From assembly GCA_040755455.1 (NCBI GenBank), contig JBFMAY010000001.1:96001-160000 (forward strand): a stretch of DNA of 64,000 nucleotides, written 5' to 3'. The translations under genes were made by a program, and so were the position numbers. Under the pieces are notes generated by a model. It ran no database searches, was not told where the DNA came from, and was given only the letters and a program-made list of their open reading frames with translations. Positions 1 to 9,469 of this stretch are shown piece after piece (position 1 is the first letter of the stretch; each line of letters begins with the position of its first letter). Source of the DNA: Thermodesulfobacteriota bacterium. GTDB taxonomy: Bacteria > Desulfobacterota > Desulfobulbia > Desulfobulbales > SURF-16.

Positions 1-5
1 CAATA

Positions 6-73
6 GGGACGTCCATAGAATTATAAATGCCTTTGGGCCACGATGAGCATTTTTATAATTTAATGGACGTCCC
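6..73. repeat. Imperfect inverted repeat (REP/MITE-like hairpin)
   Basis: GGGACGTCCAT (6-16) pairs with ATGGACGTCCC (63-73); AATTATAAA (19-27) pairs with TTTATAATT (52-60); inner ATGC/GCAT. Confidence 0.8.
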
Positions 74-84
74 CAAAACTTCCC

Positions 85-561
85 AAGGTTCTGATGGTGA
101 AATTTCTGGAAATGCGCGACCGGCCGGTAACCCTTCTCGACGGGGATATTGTGCGCAAAAACCTGTCAAGCGAGTTAACCTTTTCCAGGGAACACCGCAA
201 CCTCAACATTACCAGAATCGGCTTTGTCGCCAGCGAAATCACGAAAAACGGCGGCATCGCCCTGTGCGCCCCCATTGCCCCCTACGAAGAATCCCGCCAG
301 GCAAACCGGGAACTTATCAGTAAATGCGGCGGCTACATCGAAGTCTATATGGTAACCCCTTTGGAAGTCTGCGAACAACGGGACAGAAAAGGCCTGTATG
401 CCAAGGCAAGGGCTGGGAAAATTCTTGGATTCACCGGTGTTTCCGACCCATACACCCCACCTGCCAACCCGGAAATAACCATTGACACCAGCAAAATCAC
501 GCCGGCCGAGGCAGCTCAGGAAGTCTTGCTCTACCTGGAGGAACATGGGTACATCCGCTGA
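85..561 (+). pseudogene. cysC: 5'-truncated adenylylsulfate (APS) kinase domain, probably the C-terminus of a bifunctional Sat/CysC
   Basis: Motifs LLDGDIVRKNLS, RIGFVASEITKNGG, CAPIAPY, RDRKGLYAKARAG, FTGVSDPY. The P-loop (GLSGxGKST) expected just before KVLMVKFLE is missing, and there is an in-frame TAA at 61-63. Confidence 0.8.
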
Positions 562-563
562 CA

Positions 564-689
564 TGTCGCGAAATAGTGACAAAAGCGATCCGCAAATCTC
601 ATTGGAAATACACAAATTTTCCCGCAGGATGGGCTACCTGTATTGAGAATTTGCGTAAAGCAGGCAGCTGTTGTCGCAAAACGCCAACA
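564..689. promoter_or_regulatory. Two putative enhancer-binding-protein sites (TGT-N12-ACA)
   Basis: TGTCGCGAAATAGTGACA (564-581) and TGTCGCAAAACGCCAACA (672-689); both 18 bp, both start TGTCGC, both upstream of a sigma-54 motif. Confidence 0.55.
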
Positions 690-815
690 CCGCCGGTTTC
701 AATCTTGCCCCAATTTACCCTTCACAACAGACCAAAACTATCTTCTCGTCCATTTCTAACATTTCACTGGGGTTATTTTGTTCTGTTTGCCGGAATTCCG
801 ATCTTATCATAAAAA

Positions 816-831
816 TGGCACGATAAATGCT
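816..831 (+). promoter_or_regulatory. Sigma-54 (-24/-12) promoter
   Basis: TGGCACGATAAATGCT: GG-N10-GC with the canonical TGGCACG. Confidence 0.8.
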
Positions 832-907
832 TGAGCTTGATGTGATTGCCAGATCCGCAAGTTATTTCAATCGCTTAACCATATGTTTTCTAAGGATTTT
901 CTTCACA

Positions 908-3142
908 ATGAGTTTAATTTTAAAGTTCCTCCTGTTAGTTTTACATAATTTTTGTAACCTCCTCTCAACAACTCATTCATTTCATTTACGGCGTAAAATA
1001 CATCCGTTACCGATAATTTTATCTTTCTTCTTCCTCGTTTTTTTTTGCCAATCACCAGACTGCTACGCTGTTACCCTGACCTGGGCCGCCAATGATCCCA
1101 TAGAAAATGTTACCGGCTACAAAATTTATTATGGCAGCGCCTCCGGTCAGTACAGCGCTTTCAAGGATGTTGGCAATGTTACCTCCTGCGAACTGGAAAA
1201 TGTCATTGCAACCCTTGAAGATGGCAAGACCTATTATCTGGTCGCCACCGCTTATTCCGCCACCTCGGAAAGTAGTTTTTCCTCTGAAATTTCCTATACC
1301 CATACAACTGTTCTGGACGCAGTGACGGACACCGAAATGACCGACACTGATGGTGACGGCATCAGCGATGACGACGAGATTTCTTTCTATGGCACCGATC
1401 CCAATTCGCCTGATTCTGACAACGACGGCCTGACTGACGGCGATGAGCTTGACCTCTGGAGCCAGGATTGGGATGCTGACTACGACGCCGACAACATTAT
1501 CAACCTCCTTGATGATGATGCTGACGGTGACGGCATCCTGGACGGTGAAGACAGCGAACCGGCAACAATAGCCTCACTTTTTACAACTGCCGCATATCCG
1601 GACGGCGCAGGGATTAAAGGTTTCGCAACATTCAACAACAATTGGCAGACCGTCAATTTCAATGCAGGTTTTGATAGTCCGGTGGTGATTGCCGGTCCGT
1701 CCTCATACAACGACGTTGCCCCTGGCCTGATACGCCTGCAGAATGTCACTGGCAACTCTTTTGAGATTAAATTTCAGGAATGGCAGTATCTCATCGATCA
1801 AGGGCTGGCGGCACACGGTTCTGAAGAAAACTCTTACCTGGTCCTGGAAAAGGGCGTGCACGTCATGGATGACGGCTCCATCTGGGAAGCGGGCACCTTT
1901 AAACATTCCGCATCAGCCACCTCCACTGTATGGAAAACCGTTTATTTTGCCGCCAAATTTCCAGCCACTCCATATTTATTCTTAACAGTGCAGACATACA
2001 ATGACTCACAACCAGTTATTGTTAGAGTAAAGGATCTTACCGATGCGCAATTCAATGCTGCCTTGTTTGAAGAAGAGGCGCTGCTGGACGGTCATGCCAT
2101 TGAAAAAATCGGCTATCTTGCCGTTTATAGCCCCAGCAGAGCAGGAGCATTAAATGGCGATGACTCGACCTATCGTTTTGCCCTGGGCCGGACAAGCTCC
2201 AACTTCACCTCACTTCTTGGCCATGACATCAAGCTGCAGGAAGAACAATCCGCCGATACCGAAACCTCGCATAAGCTTGAAACTGTCAATGCACTGCAGA
2301 TCGGCAGAGCTTTTTTTGCCCAAGTGACAAGCGGGCTGGGTTATGACCCATTCAGCCTGAGGCAGCGGCCCTCGTTTTATTCATCAACCTCATTTACCCA
2401 TCTCTGGCATACCGTTCCCATTTACAAAGAACTCAACAGTCCTGTGGTCATTGCCGGACCTCCCTCTTTTAATGATGCCGACCCCGGCGTTATCCGTCTG
2501 CGTAATGTCAACAGCAGCTCCTTTGAAATAAAATTCCAGGAATGGAACTATCTAAGCGCCAAAGACGCCCGCATACATAAACTGGAAGACGCCTCCTGGC
2601 TGGTGATGGAACCAGGACTTTATAAAATGTCAGACGGCAGCATCTGGGGAGTCGGCACATTTGAAATCAATGGTAACGGGTTATGGTACAACGTCAACTT
2701 CCTCCAAACCTTTGCCGGAACGCCCGTTGTCTATTTAACGATGCAGACCTGTAATGGTTCTGATGCCGTGACCGTAAGGGCGCGCCAAGTAAGCACCGCA
2801 GGCTTTCAGGCGGCTCTTTTTGAAGAGGAAGCCCAAATGACCAGCGGTCACGCCTATGAAACCATCGGTTATTTAGCCATATACAGTCCAAATGGTTCCG
2901 GCGCGGTAACAATCGGCGACCAGAAAATTTCTTATACGATCAACATTGCTGCCGCAGATAATAATTTTACCGCAGTAGCAGGGCGTGAAATCAAAATGGA
3001 AGAGGAGCAATCACTCGACAGTGAGACAACGCACATGATTGAGAATGTGAATACATTAAATATCAATAGCGCTTTCTTTGGCCAGGAAATCAGCGCATTG
3101 GGCGGGGACACCGCTGCTGTCAGGTATAGAATGGCACAATAA
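908..3142 (+). CDS. Secreted protein: fibronectin type III domain, Asp-rich DxDxDG Ca-binding repeats, two tandem ~250-aa beta-rich (H-type-lectin-like) modules
   Basis: Hydrophobic leader ending DCYA; VTLTW...VTGYKIYYG...YYLVATAY (Fn3); DTDGDG/DSDNDG/DADGDG repeats; duplicated SPVVIAGPxSxND...SFEIKFQEW. Start uncertain: the track start at 827 overlaps the -12 element. Confidence 0.8.
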   Translation: MSLILKFLLLVLHNFCNLLSTTHSFHLRRKIHPLPIILSFFFLVFFCQSPDCYAVTLTWAANDPIENVTGYKIYYGSASGQYSAFKDVGNVTSCELENVIATLEDGKTYYLVATAYSATSESSFSSEISYTHTTVLDAVTDTEMTDTDGDGISDDDEISFYGTDPNSPDSDNDGLTDGDELDLWSQDWDADYDADNIINLLDDDADGDGILDGEDSEPATIASLFTTAAYPDGAGIKGFATFNNNWQTVNFNAGFDSPVVIAGPSSYNDVAPGLIRLQNVTGNSFEIKFQEWQYLIDQGLAAHGSEENSYLVLEKGVHVMDDGSIWEAGTFKHSASATSTVWKTVYFAAKFPATPYLFLTVQTYNDSQPVIVRVKDLTDAQFNAALFEEEALLDGHAIEKIGYLAVYSPSRAGALNGDDSTYRFALGRTSSNFTSLLGHDIKLQEEQSADTETSHKLETVNALQIGRAFFAQVTSGLGYDPFSLRQRPSFYSSTSFTHLWHTVPIYKELNSPVVIAGPPSFNDADPGVIRLRNVNSSSFEIKFQEWNYLSAKDARIHKLEDASWLVMEPGLYKMSDGSIWGVGTFEINGNGLWYNVNFLQTFAGTPVVYLTMQTCNGSDAVTVRARQVSTAGFQAALFEEEAQMTSGHAYETIGYLAIYSPNGSGAVTIGDQKISYTINIAAADNNFTAVAGREIKMEEEQSLDSETTHMIENVNTLNINSAFFGQEISALGGDTAAVRYRMAQ

Positions 3143-3239
3143 TAAAAACAGAAGACAAGGCTTGGGTTTGCGGTCTGTGGTGAAGCATCTCGCCGCAATG
3201 CCGCTCCAGGAGCGCGTTTGCGGGAAGCGGCAAAATTCC

Positions 3240-3575
3240 GCGTGTGCCTAGCCATTGCACTATGTTTTTCGACCTGTTCTATGCCAAAAACCCGCTTGGG
3301 GAGCGGGATTTCCAGATTTTTTTAACGTTTGCCCCACCGATTTTTTCGGCTCATTAATCTGAAAAAAACTATGATCGCGGCCGATGAATTTTGTGGCCTG
3401 CAACCTGGTTAAAGTCCGCCTGATCTGCGGCCAGGGTTTCCCGCAGGGTAGCTCGGCTACCCGTTCCAGCAGCAGAGCCAGCACGCAGATCTTCACATGC
3501 GTCTCAATCCGGCGCGGCGCCCAATGAAACATCGGCGTCATCTTGATCTGGGTCCGCTTCAGCGCCCGAAAGCTC
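3240..3575 (-). mobile_element. IS1634-family transposase C-terminal remnant
   Basis: Reads SFRALKRTQIKMTPMFHWAPRRIETHVKICVLALLLERVAE. No N-terminal part; apparent frameshift in an A-run near 3320. Confidence 0.75.
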
Positions 3576-3634
3576 CGCTGCCGGTGTTGATGATAGAAAG
3601 CGGACGAGGTTGCCCTGTCGCGGGAACCAACCGC

Positions 3635-5185
3635 TCAAACCGGCAGGTTCTCTGGCTCCGGCTGCTGATTGCTGGCTTGTAATGTTATTGCCACGGCAAA
3701 TCCCGCAGGTTTGCTATTGCGGGCGGAGACGGTGCCTTTGCACGCTTCGATGCAGGTTTTGACAATGGCCAGTCCAAGGCCCACCCCGCCCGTGTCCCGA
3801 TCCCGGGAGGGTTCGGGGCGGAAGAATGGTTCGAAAATCCGCTCCAGCAGGTCCTCGGGTACGCCCGGACCGGAGTCCCTGATTTCGATGGTTACCGCAT
3901 CATTTTTTCTTTCGGCTGTAATGTAAATCGGGCCGGCCTTGCCGGCGTATCGCACGGCATTTCTGACCAGATTGGCAATGGCCCTGGTCAGCAGTTCGGG
4001 GGCAGCCATAACCGTCATCCCCGGTTCCATCCGCACAACGATCTCCGCCCATGGCGCCCCCTCCCGCAGCACCGCCCCCTCAACCAGGGGAAGTAATGCC
4101 GTGGACGCCAGGCTGATCCTGGCCGGGTTCATTTCAGCCCGGGAAAATGACAGCAGTTCATTCACCAGGTTTGCCATGTGGGCTACATCCTCCAGGACAT
4201 CTCTGGCCCGTTCCCGGTTGTCCCCCGCAAGGCGCTGCTCCAGGATACCAAGTCCCAGTTGAATCCGGGCAATGGGAGAGCCCAGCTCATGGGCCACATC
4301 GCCCAGAAACCTTTTCTGGCCCTTGACGTAACCGCCCAACCTGAATGTCATATGGTTGATGGCGCTGGCGAGCCGGCCGATTTCATCGGCGCGGGTTTCA
4401 TTGATCAGCACGTCAAACCTGCCCCTGGCGATCTCTTCGGCGGCCCGGGTCATGCGGGTCAAGGGGCCGGTGATGTTTTTCACCAGGGGCAGCCACAGCA
4501 GAACGGAAATGAGAATCACTGCCATGGCAACGATCATCCCCGGCAGGGGATCGAAAAAAAAGCCGTTGCCGGTCATGGAATCCGATACGGCGAGCAGCAT
4601 GGCGTTCTCGCGGGGATGCGGGGGGTCCAGGTACACCGGCACGGGGATGCCGGCCCAGTAGCGGGACGGATTCTGGGTGTGGATCATCAAGCGCTGATAT
4701 GGCCGGTCGTCTCTGTCGTGATCCTTATGCCGCACCTCGCTGTCCCGCCGGTCCGCGTCGCCGCCGTGGCGCTTTTCCCGCTCCTTATCATGGCCATCGC
4801 TGGATCTGCCGGGCAACAAATCCCTTGCCGGGGGAGGCATCGGCCGGCTGCTTTCCGCAACCTTGCGCATGACCGCATCGGGAATCGTCAGTTTTTTTGC
4901 GGAAAATTGCGAGCCGCCGGCAAATGCCAGCACGAAATCCACCTGATACAGTTCCCCATGCCGGGCGAGAACATCGGGCCACTGGGGCGGCGGGGTCTGG
5001 TTGAGATCATGGGAGATGAGACGGCCGGCAACCCGCAGACGGTCAGAGGTCTGATGCCCGAAAAAGGCGTGCAGATCCACCTGGGACTGGAAGGCGAAAA
5101 ACACCAGCAGGGCTGCGGCAACCAGGGCCATATTCATGAAAAACCAGAGGACAATTCTGGTAAACAGTGAGGAAAAAGGTTTCAT
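3635..5185 (-). CDS. CpxA-like membrane sensor histidine kinase (2 TM, HAMP, HisKA, HATPase)
   Basis: H-box DVAHELGSP, N-box NLVRNAVRY, DSGPGV, GGVGLGL. Confidence 0.93.
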   Translation of the reverse strand: MKPFSSLFTRIVLWFFMNMALVAAALLVFFAFQSQVDLHAFFGHQTSDRLRVAGRLISHDLNQTPPPQWPDVLARHGELYQVDFVLAFAGGSQFSAKKLTIPDAVMRKVAESSRPMPPPARDLLPGRSSDGHDKEREKRHGGDADRRDSEVRHKDHDRDDRPYQRLMIHTQNPSRYWAGIPVPVYLDPPHPRENAMLLAVSDSMTGNGFFFDPLPGMIVAMAVILISVLLWLPLVKNITGPLTRMTRAAEEIARGRFDVLINETRADEIGRLASAINHMTFRLGGYVKGQKRFLGDVAHELGSPIARIQLGLGILEQRLAGDNRERARDVLEDVAHMANLVNELLSFSRAEMNPARISLASTALLPLVEGAVLREGAPWAEIVVRMEPGMTVMAAPELLTRAIANLVRNAVRYAGKAGPIYITAERKNDAVTIEIRDSGPGVPEDLLERIFEPFFRPEPSRDRDTGGVGLGLAIVKTCIEACKGTVSARNSKPAGFAVAITLQASNQQPEPENLPV

Positions 5186-5922
5186 GATGGCTGACTGCCG
5201 GGGGCTTGAAACATGTAGCCCGCCGAGCGCACGGTTTTGATGAATTTCGGACTCCTGGGGGTATCCCCCAGCTTGCGCCGCAGGGAGGAAATATGGACAT
5301 CGATGGACCGGTCAAATATTTCGTAACAGCGGCCGGCGACGGCATCCAGCAACTGATCCCGGGTCAGCACCCGTCCCGCCGCCTTGACCAGGCAGACCAG
5401 CAGATCAAATTCCAGTGGCGTAAGCGGCAGGGGGGTCACCCCCAGGCGGGCGGTGCGGGATGTCTGGGATATCCGCAGATCGCCGATGATCAGTGTTGAA
5501 TCGGACGGCGGGGAGGGTTCCGGCCGCTCCGTTTTGAAGTATCGCCGGGTGACTGCCCGCAGGCGGGCCAGCAGCTCGCGGGTGGAAAAGGTCTTGGGCA
5601 GATAATCATCAGCGCCCATCTCCAGGCCCACCACCCGGTCCGTCTCATCACCGAGGGCGGTGAGCATCAATACCGGGATGTCCGATGCCTTGCGCAGCCT
5701 TTTCAACACCTCGAAACCGTCCATCTCCGGCATCATGACGTCAAGAATCACCACATGAAAATCTCCGGCCATGGCCATTGCAAGCCCTGCCGGTCCGGTG
5801 TGGGCGGCCTCCACGTCATAACCCATGGGGCCAAGATAATCGCCCACCAGCCGGCACAGTTTCCTGTCATCATCGATAATCAGCACCTTGATGCGCGCCG
5901 GTGCCTGTTCACTGTTCATCAT
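5182..5922 (-). CDS. OmpR/CpxR-family response regulator
   Basis: REC (IIDDD, LDVMMP, KTF) plus winged helix (RSIDVHISSLRRKL, TVRSAGY); 4-bp overlap with the kinase. Confidence 0.95.
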   Translation of the reverse strand: MMNSEQAPARIKVLIIDDDRKLCRLVGDYLGPMGYDVEAAHTGPAGLAMAMAGDFHVVILDVMMPEMDGFEVLKRLRKASDIPVLMLTALGDETDRVVGLEMGADDYLPKTFSTRELLARLRAVTRRYFKTERPEPSPPSDSTLIIGDLRISQTSRTARLGVTPLPLTPLEFDLLVCLVKAAGRVLTRDQLLDAVAGRCYEIFDRSIDVHISSLRRKLGDTPRSPKFIKTVRSAGYMFQAPGSQPS

Positions 5923-6002
5923 GCCTTGCCTTTTTTTGCTGCCTTTGCCGGACTGCTTGCCTGTTCCAATTGTCCATGCTCCCTGTCAACCCTGCAACCA
6001 TT

Positions 6003-6051
6003 TTTACATAAACTTTACAATTTAACCGCCTGATCAACATAAAATCTTTAC
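6003..6051. promoter_or_regulatory. CpxR-type direct repeat box in a divergent promoter
   Basis: TTTAC-N6-TTTAC (6003-6018; GTAAA repeats on the minus strand) and a further TTTAC at 6047-6051. Confidence 0.55.
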
Positions 6052-6152
6052 ATCAGCCCTTTATGATAGCAGCACCGGAAGAAAAATTCGGGGAAAACAA
6101 ACCAGCATGGAACACACTCTCATTCACTACATATCAGACGCGGAGGTATAAA

Positions 6153-6662
6153 ATGTACGCGAATCAACGACAAAAACTCGGGGCATTGACAATTTTTCTG
6201 CTGATCACCTTCTTTTCCGTCCCTGCCGTGGCCGGCTCTCATGCCGATTACGGCCTGCACGAGGGGCAGCCGTCGGCCTGCGGCCTCTGGCGGGATCCTG
6301 AAGCTGTGGAAAAACTGGGACTCTCAGACAAGCAGATTGCGGAACTGAAAAATGCGGATTTCACCTTCCGCAAACAGCAGCTGGAATTAAAGGCCCAGCT
6401 TGGCATGCTTCACCTGGAGATGGCAAAGGCATTTTCCGGTAAAACGCCCGACGAGGGCACGGTGCGGGAACTGGCCGGGAAAATGGCTGATGCGCAGGGG
6501 AAATTGTTTATCCAGCACATCGAATCACGGTTGGCGGCTGCCAGATGCCTCACCGCGGACCAGCTGAGCAAGTTCCAGGCGGACGACGCGCAGCATCATG
6601 GCGGCCAGCCAAAAGACCTGCATCATGATATGGCACTTTACGGGAATGCAAAAGACCGATAA
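6153..6662 (+). CDS. Spy/CpxP/ZraP-family periplasmic protein
   Basis: GGAGG RBS, signal peptide (AVA), LGLSDKQ and LTADQ motifs, His-rich tail. Confidence 0.85.
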   Translation: MYANQRQKLGALTIFLLITFFSVPAVAGSHADYGLHEGQPSACGLWRDPEAVEKLGLSDKQIAELKNADFTFRKQQLELKAQLGMLHLEMAKAFSGKTPDEGTVRELAGKMADAQGKLFIQHIESRLAAARCLTADQLSKFQADDAQHHGGQPKDLHHDMALYGNAKDR

Positions 6663-6684
6663 GGTAAAGCGGTAACACCATCCG

Positions 6685-6712
6685 TGTCCGGCGCATGCAT
6701 ATGCGCCGGACA
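6685..6712. repeat. Perfect 12-bp intergenic hairpin
   Basis: TGTCCGGCGCAT-gcat-ATGCGCCGGACA; no U tract follows. Confidence 0.75.
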
Positions 6713-6730
6713 GCAAAAGGAGGACTTGCA

Positions 6731-7285
6731 ATGAACGGGATGCACAAGGCGGGTATTTTTTTGTTGTGTTTTTCTCTTTTGTCCCAGGCAGGCTGGAACC
6801 CCTGCCTGGCTGACGATGATTCCCATCATGGCAAGGATCACCGGCACCCTGAAAAAGAGAACAAACATCATCTCGCGCCCGTAACCAATCCTGTGTATAA
6901 AGAAACCTGCGGGGCCTGCCATTTCGCCTATCAACCGGAATTGTTACCGGCGGCTTCCTGGCAGGCAATCTTCAATAATCCTGTTGATCATTTCGGTGAG
7001 TCGCTGGAGCTTGATGACGCTTCCCGCAATGGCATTGCCGAGTATGTGCAGGCAAACAGCGCGGACAAATCCGGGGCCAAACGGGCGGTCAAGATCATGC
7101 GCAGCCTGGGAAGCGGGGTGCCGCAGCGCATCACCGCTATCCCGTATATCAGGGAAAAGCATCACGAAATCCCGGCGCAGGTCTTTGCGCGGCCAGCCAT
7201 CGGTTCCCCGGCAAACTGCCCGGCATGCCACAAGACAGCCGAGCAGGGGATCTATGACGATGACTCGGTGGATATCCCGCGCTAG
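6731..7285 (+). CDS. Diheme cytochrome c (DHC family)
   Basis: Signal peptide; YKETCGACHFAYQPELLPAASW; DHFGE; NCPACH; GGAGG RBS. Confidence 0.92.
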   Translation: MNGMHKAGIFLLCFSLLSQAGWNPCLADDDSHHGKDHRHPEKENKHHLAPVTNPVYKETCGACHFAYQPELLPAASWQAIFNNPVDHFGESLELDDASRNGIAEYVQANSADKSGAKRAVKIMRSLGSGVPQRITAIPYIREKHHEIPAQVFARPAIGSPANCPACHKTAEQGIYDDDSVDIPR

Positions 7286-7328
7286 CAATGCATCACTATT
7301 TAAACCAGAACCCAAAAAGGAGATCTGT

Positions 7329-7685
7329 TTGAAACAGCTGGTATTATTAGAACTCATGAGAAAGTTGCAGGCCAATGATCAACTCAAGCGCAAGCTCAAA
7401 ATCTTTCTCGGCGTTGGCCTCGCCGGTTTCCTGCTGGTGGGCGCCCTCATCATTTGGGCAGGGTTTGCGACCATTCAGCATGTTGCGAGCCTTGGTGCAA
7501 ACGTCAATGTGCAGGAGCAGGTTCGGGATCTCAAAAAGGAGATGCCGAATATCCCGGCTCTTGCCAAGGTTGGTTGCTGGGATAAGGTGAAAAGCCTGCT
7601 CAATGTCGAGGCATGGCTTGAAAAACCTGTTGCCGAGAATTTGCAGAGTTTAAAGGACGCCTGCTTGGAAGACTCTACGAAATAA
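7329..7685 (+). CDS. Hypothetical single-TM membrane protein
   Basis: AAGGAG RBS then in-frame TTG at 7329; TM IFLGVGLAGFLLVGALIIWAGF; two Cys in the C-terminal part. Confidence 0.7.
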   Translation: MKQLVLLELMRKLQANDQLKRKLKIFLGVGLAGFLLVGALIIWAGFATIQHVASLGANVNVQEQVRDLKKEMPNIPALAKVGCWDKVKSLLNVEAWLEKPVAENLQSLKDACLEDSTK

Positions 7686-7728
7686 CCTCTTCATTTTTGA
7701 GCATTTCGTTAAGGTTCTTCGGTAAGAC

Positions 7729-7761
7729 GATAGGTCGGAGCGCGCAGCGGTCCGACCTATC
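7729..7761. repeat. REP-like palindrome between convergent genes
   Basis: GATAGGTCGGA...TCCGACCTATC, perfect 11-bp arms. Confidence 0.7.
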
Positions 7762-7825
7762 AGAACACTAGGCGGAACATGAGAAATAAAAGGGATTGCT
7801 ATCCAACTCAATACTTATGCATTCA

Positions 7826-9469
7826 TTATTTTAACAAGTTGTTCGTCCCACTCTTTAAAATTCCTGAGATTTTTGTTGAAAGATCGGCAATTCTGAAGGG
7901 TTTTTGCAGGAAGCCTTTACAGCCCCGGTTTAAGATTTTGGTCGCCAGACCATTTATACTGTATCCGCTCAAAAGAAGAACCCGGACAGCCGGATTGATT
8001 TCCTTCAATCTGTCGAAGGTCTCTCCACCACCCATATCCGGCATGATCATATCCAGCAGGATAATATCAATCCTGTCCTTATTTTTTTTATAGACATCTA
8101 TCGCCTCTTCCCCGCTGCGGGCGGTCATGACCTGATACCCTAAACGCTCCAGCACATCCATGCCGACCTCGATTATTATCGAGTCGTCATCAACAAGCAG
8201 CACTGTTCCCGAACCTTTCAACACCTCGTCAGGGTGGCTTGCCTCGTTGACAGGCTCCTTCGCCGATGCCGGCAGATAAATGTTGAATGTGGCGCCCTTG
8301 CCGACCTCACTTTCAACATAGATAGAACCGCCATGATTCTTGATGATGCCATAAACCGAGGCCAATCCCAATCCTGTTCCCCGCCCCATTTCCTTGGTGG
8401 TAAAGAACGGTTCAAATATCCTCTGCCGGGTGGCCTCATCCATGCCCACCCCGGTATCGGTTACCGAAATCTTGACATATTGCCCAGGTTGCAGAGAATA
8501 AGGCTTCTCACCATCGCCCGTGAAATTTTCCGTCCGGATGAAAATGTCTCCTCCACCAGGCATGGCCTGCCAGGCATTGATCAGAATATTCAACATCACC
8601 TGTTCAAGCTGGGATTGATCAACTTCAACAGTCCAGATGTTTTCTTGATATTCCGTATGTAATTTTATTTCCTTCTTTGTCCTGGCGAACATCTCCGTTG
8701 TATTCTTGAGCACTTTGTTGAGATCGGTGGGCTTGATCTCGAATTTGCCGCCACGGGCAAAACCCAGGAGTTGACTGGTGAGACTGGCGGCGCTTTTTAC
8801 GCATTCCTCGGTACTTTTTAATTTTTTATAATGGGGATGGAGGGTGTCCGTCTCCAGCAACATGAGCGTAACATTCCCCAACATGGCCATGAGCAGGTTG
8901 TTGAAGTCATGGGCAACCCCGCCGGCAAGGGTGCCGATGGCCTCCATCTTCTGGGCATGGTGCAGCTGAACTTCCAACTTCGCCCTATCCTCCTCCGCGC
9001 GCGTGCGTTCCTCGATTTCTCGCCGGAGCAGCTCGTTTGCCCGCTTCAGCTCATCCCGTGATTTTTTCAGCTCAAGCATCATCTTCCTCAGCTGCATGAT
9101 ATCCCGGAAAACATACATATAGCCGACAACGTCGTCGGTGCAATCGGTGAGAAGCGAAGCGTTGATCAGGATGTTGATTCTTGCACGGGTGACGGTGGTG
9201 ATGGTCGTCTCGACATTAAAGACGTTCTGTCTGGAATCAAGAGCTCTTTTGACCAGGCATTCCGTCTCGCAGATATCGGATTTCAGAATATCCTTGCAAT
9301 ACATGCCAAGGGCCTCTTTCGGCCTGAAACCGGTTAACCTGGCCGCAGCCAGATTGAAGTAGTTGACCCGCATCTGGCGGTCAGTGGTCACCACGGCATC
9401 CGGCAATGAGTGCAATATCTCGTAGGAGCTGACTTCCAAAGGCCATTTGGCAATACCGGTATCAGTCAA
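7826..9469 (-). CDS. Cytoplasmic PAS hybrid histidine kinase (PAS-coiled coil-HisKA-HATPase-REC)
   Basis: [48 protein letters not shown]. Proposed start is TTG 9469, 8 nt after GGAGG. Confidence 0.9.
   Translation of the reverse strand: MTDTGIAKWPLEVSSYEILHSLPDAVVTTDRQMRVNYFNLAAARLTGFRPKEALGMYCKDILKSDICETECLVKRALDSRQNVFNVETTITTVTRARINILINASLLTDCTDDVVGYMYVFRDIMQLRKMMLELKKSRDELKRANELLRREIEERTRAEEDRAKLEVQLHHAQKMEAIGTLAGGVAHDFNNLLMAMLGNVTLMLLETDTLHPHYKKLKSTEECVKSAASLTSQLLGFARGGKFEIKPTDLNKVLKNTTEMFARTKKEIKLHTEYQENIWTVEVDQSQLEQVMLNILINAWQAMPGGGDIFIRTENFTGDGEKPYSLQPGQYVKISVTDTGVGMDEATRQRIFEPFFTTKEMGRGTGLGLASVYGIIKNHGGSIYVESEVGKGATFNIYLPASAKEPVNEASHPDEVLKGSGTVLLVDDDSIIIEVGMDVLERLGYQVMTARSGEEAIDVYKKNKDRIDIILLDMIMPDMGGGETFDRLKEINPAVRVLLLSGYSINGLATKILNRGCKGFLQKPFRIADLSTKISGILKSGTNNLLK

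Noticed and set aside
827..907. ORF-track start of the secreted protein
   Set aside because: The ATG overlaps the -12 element of the sigma-54 promoter.
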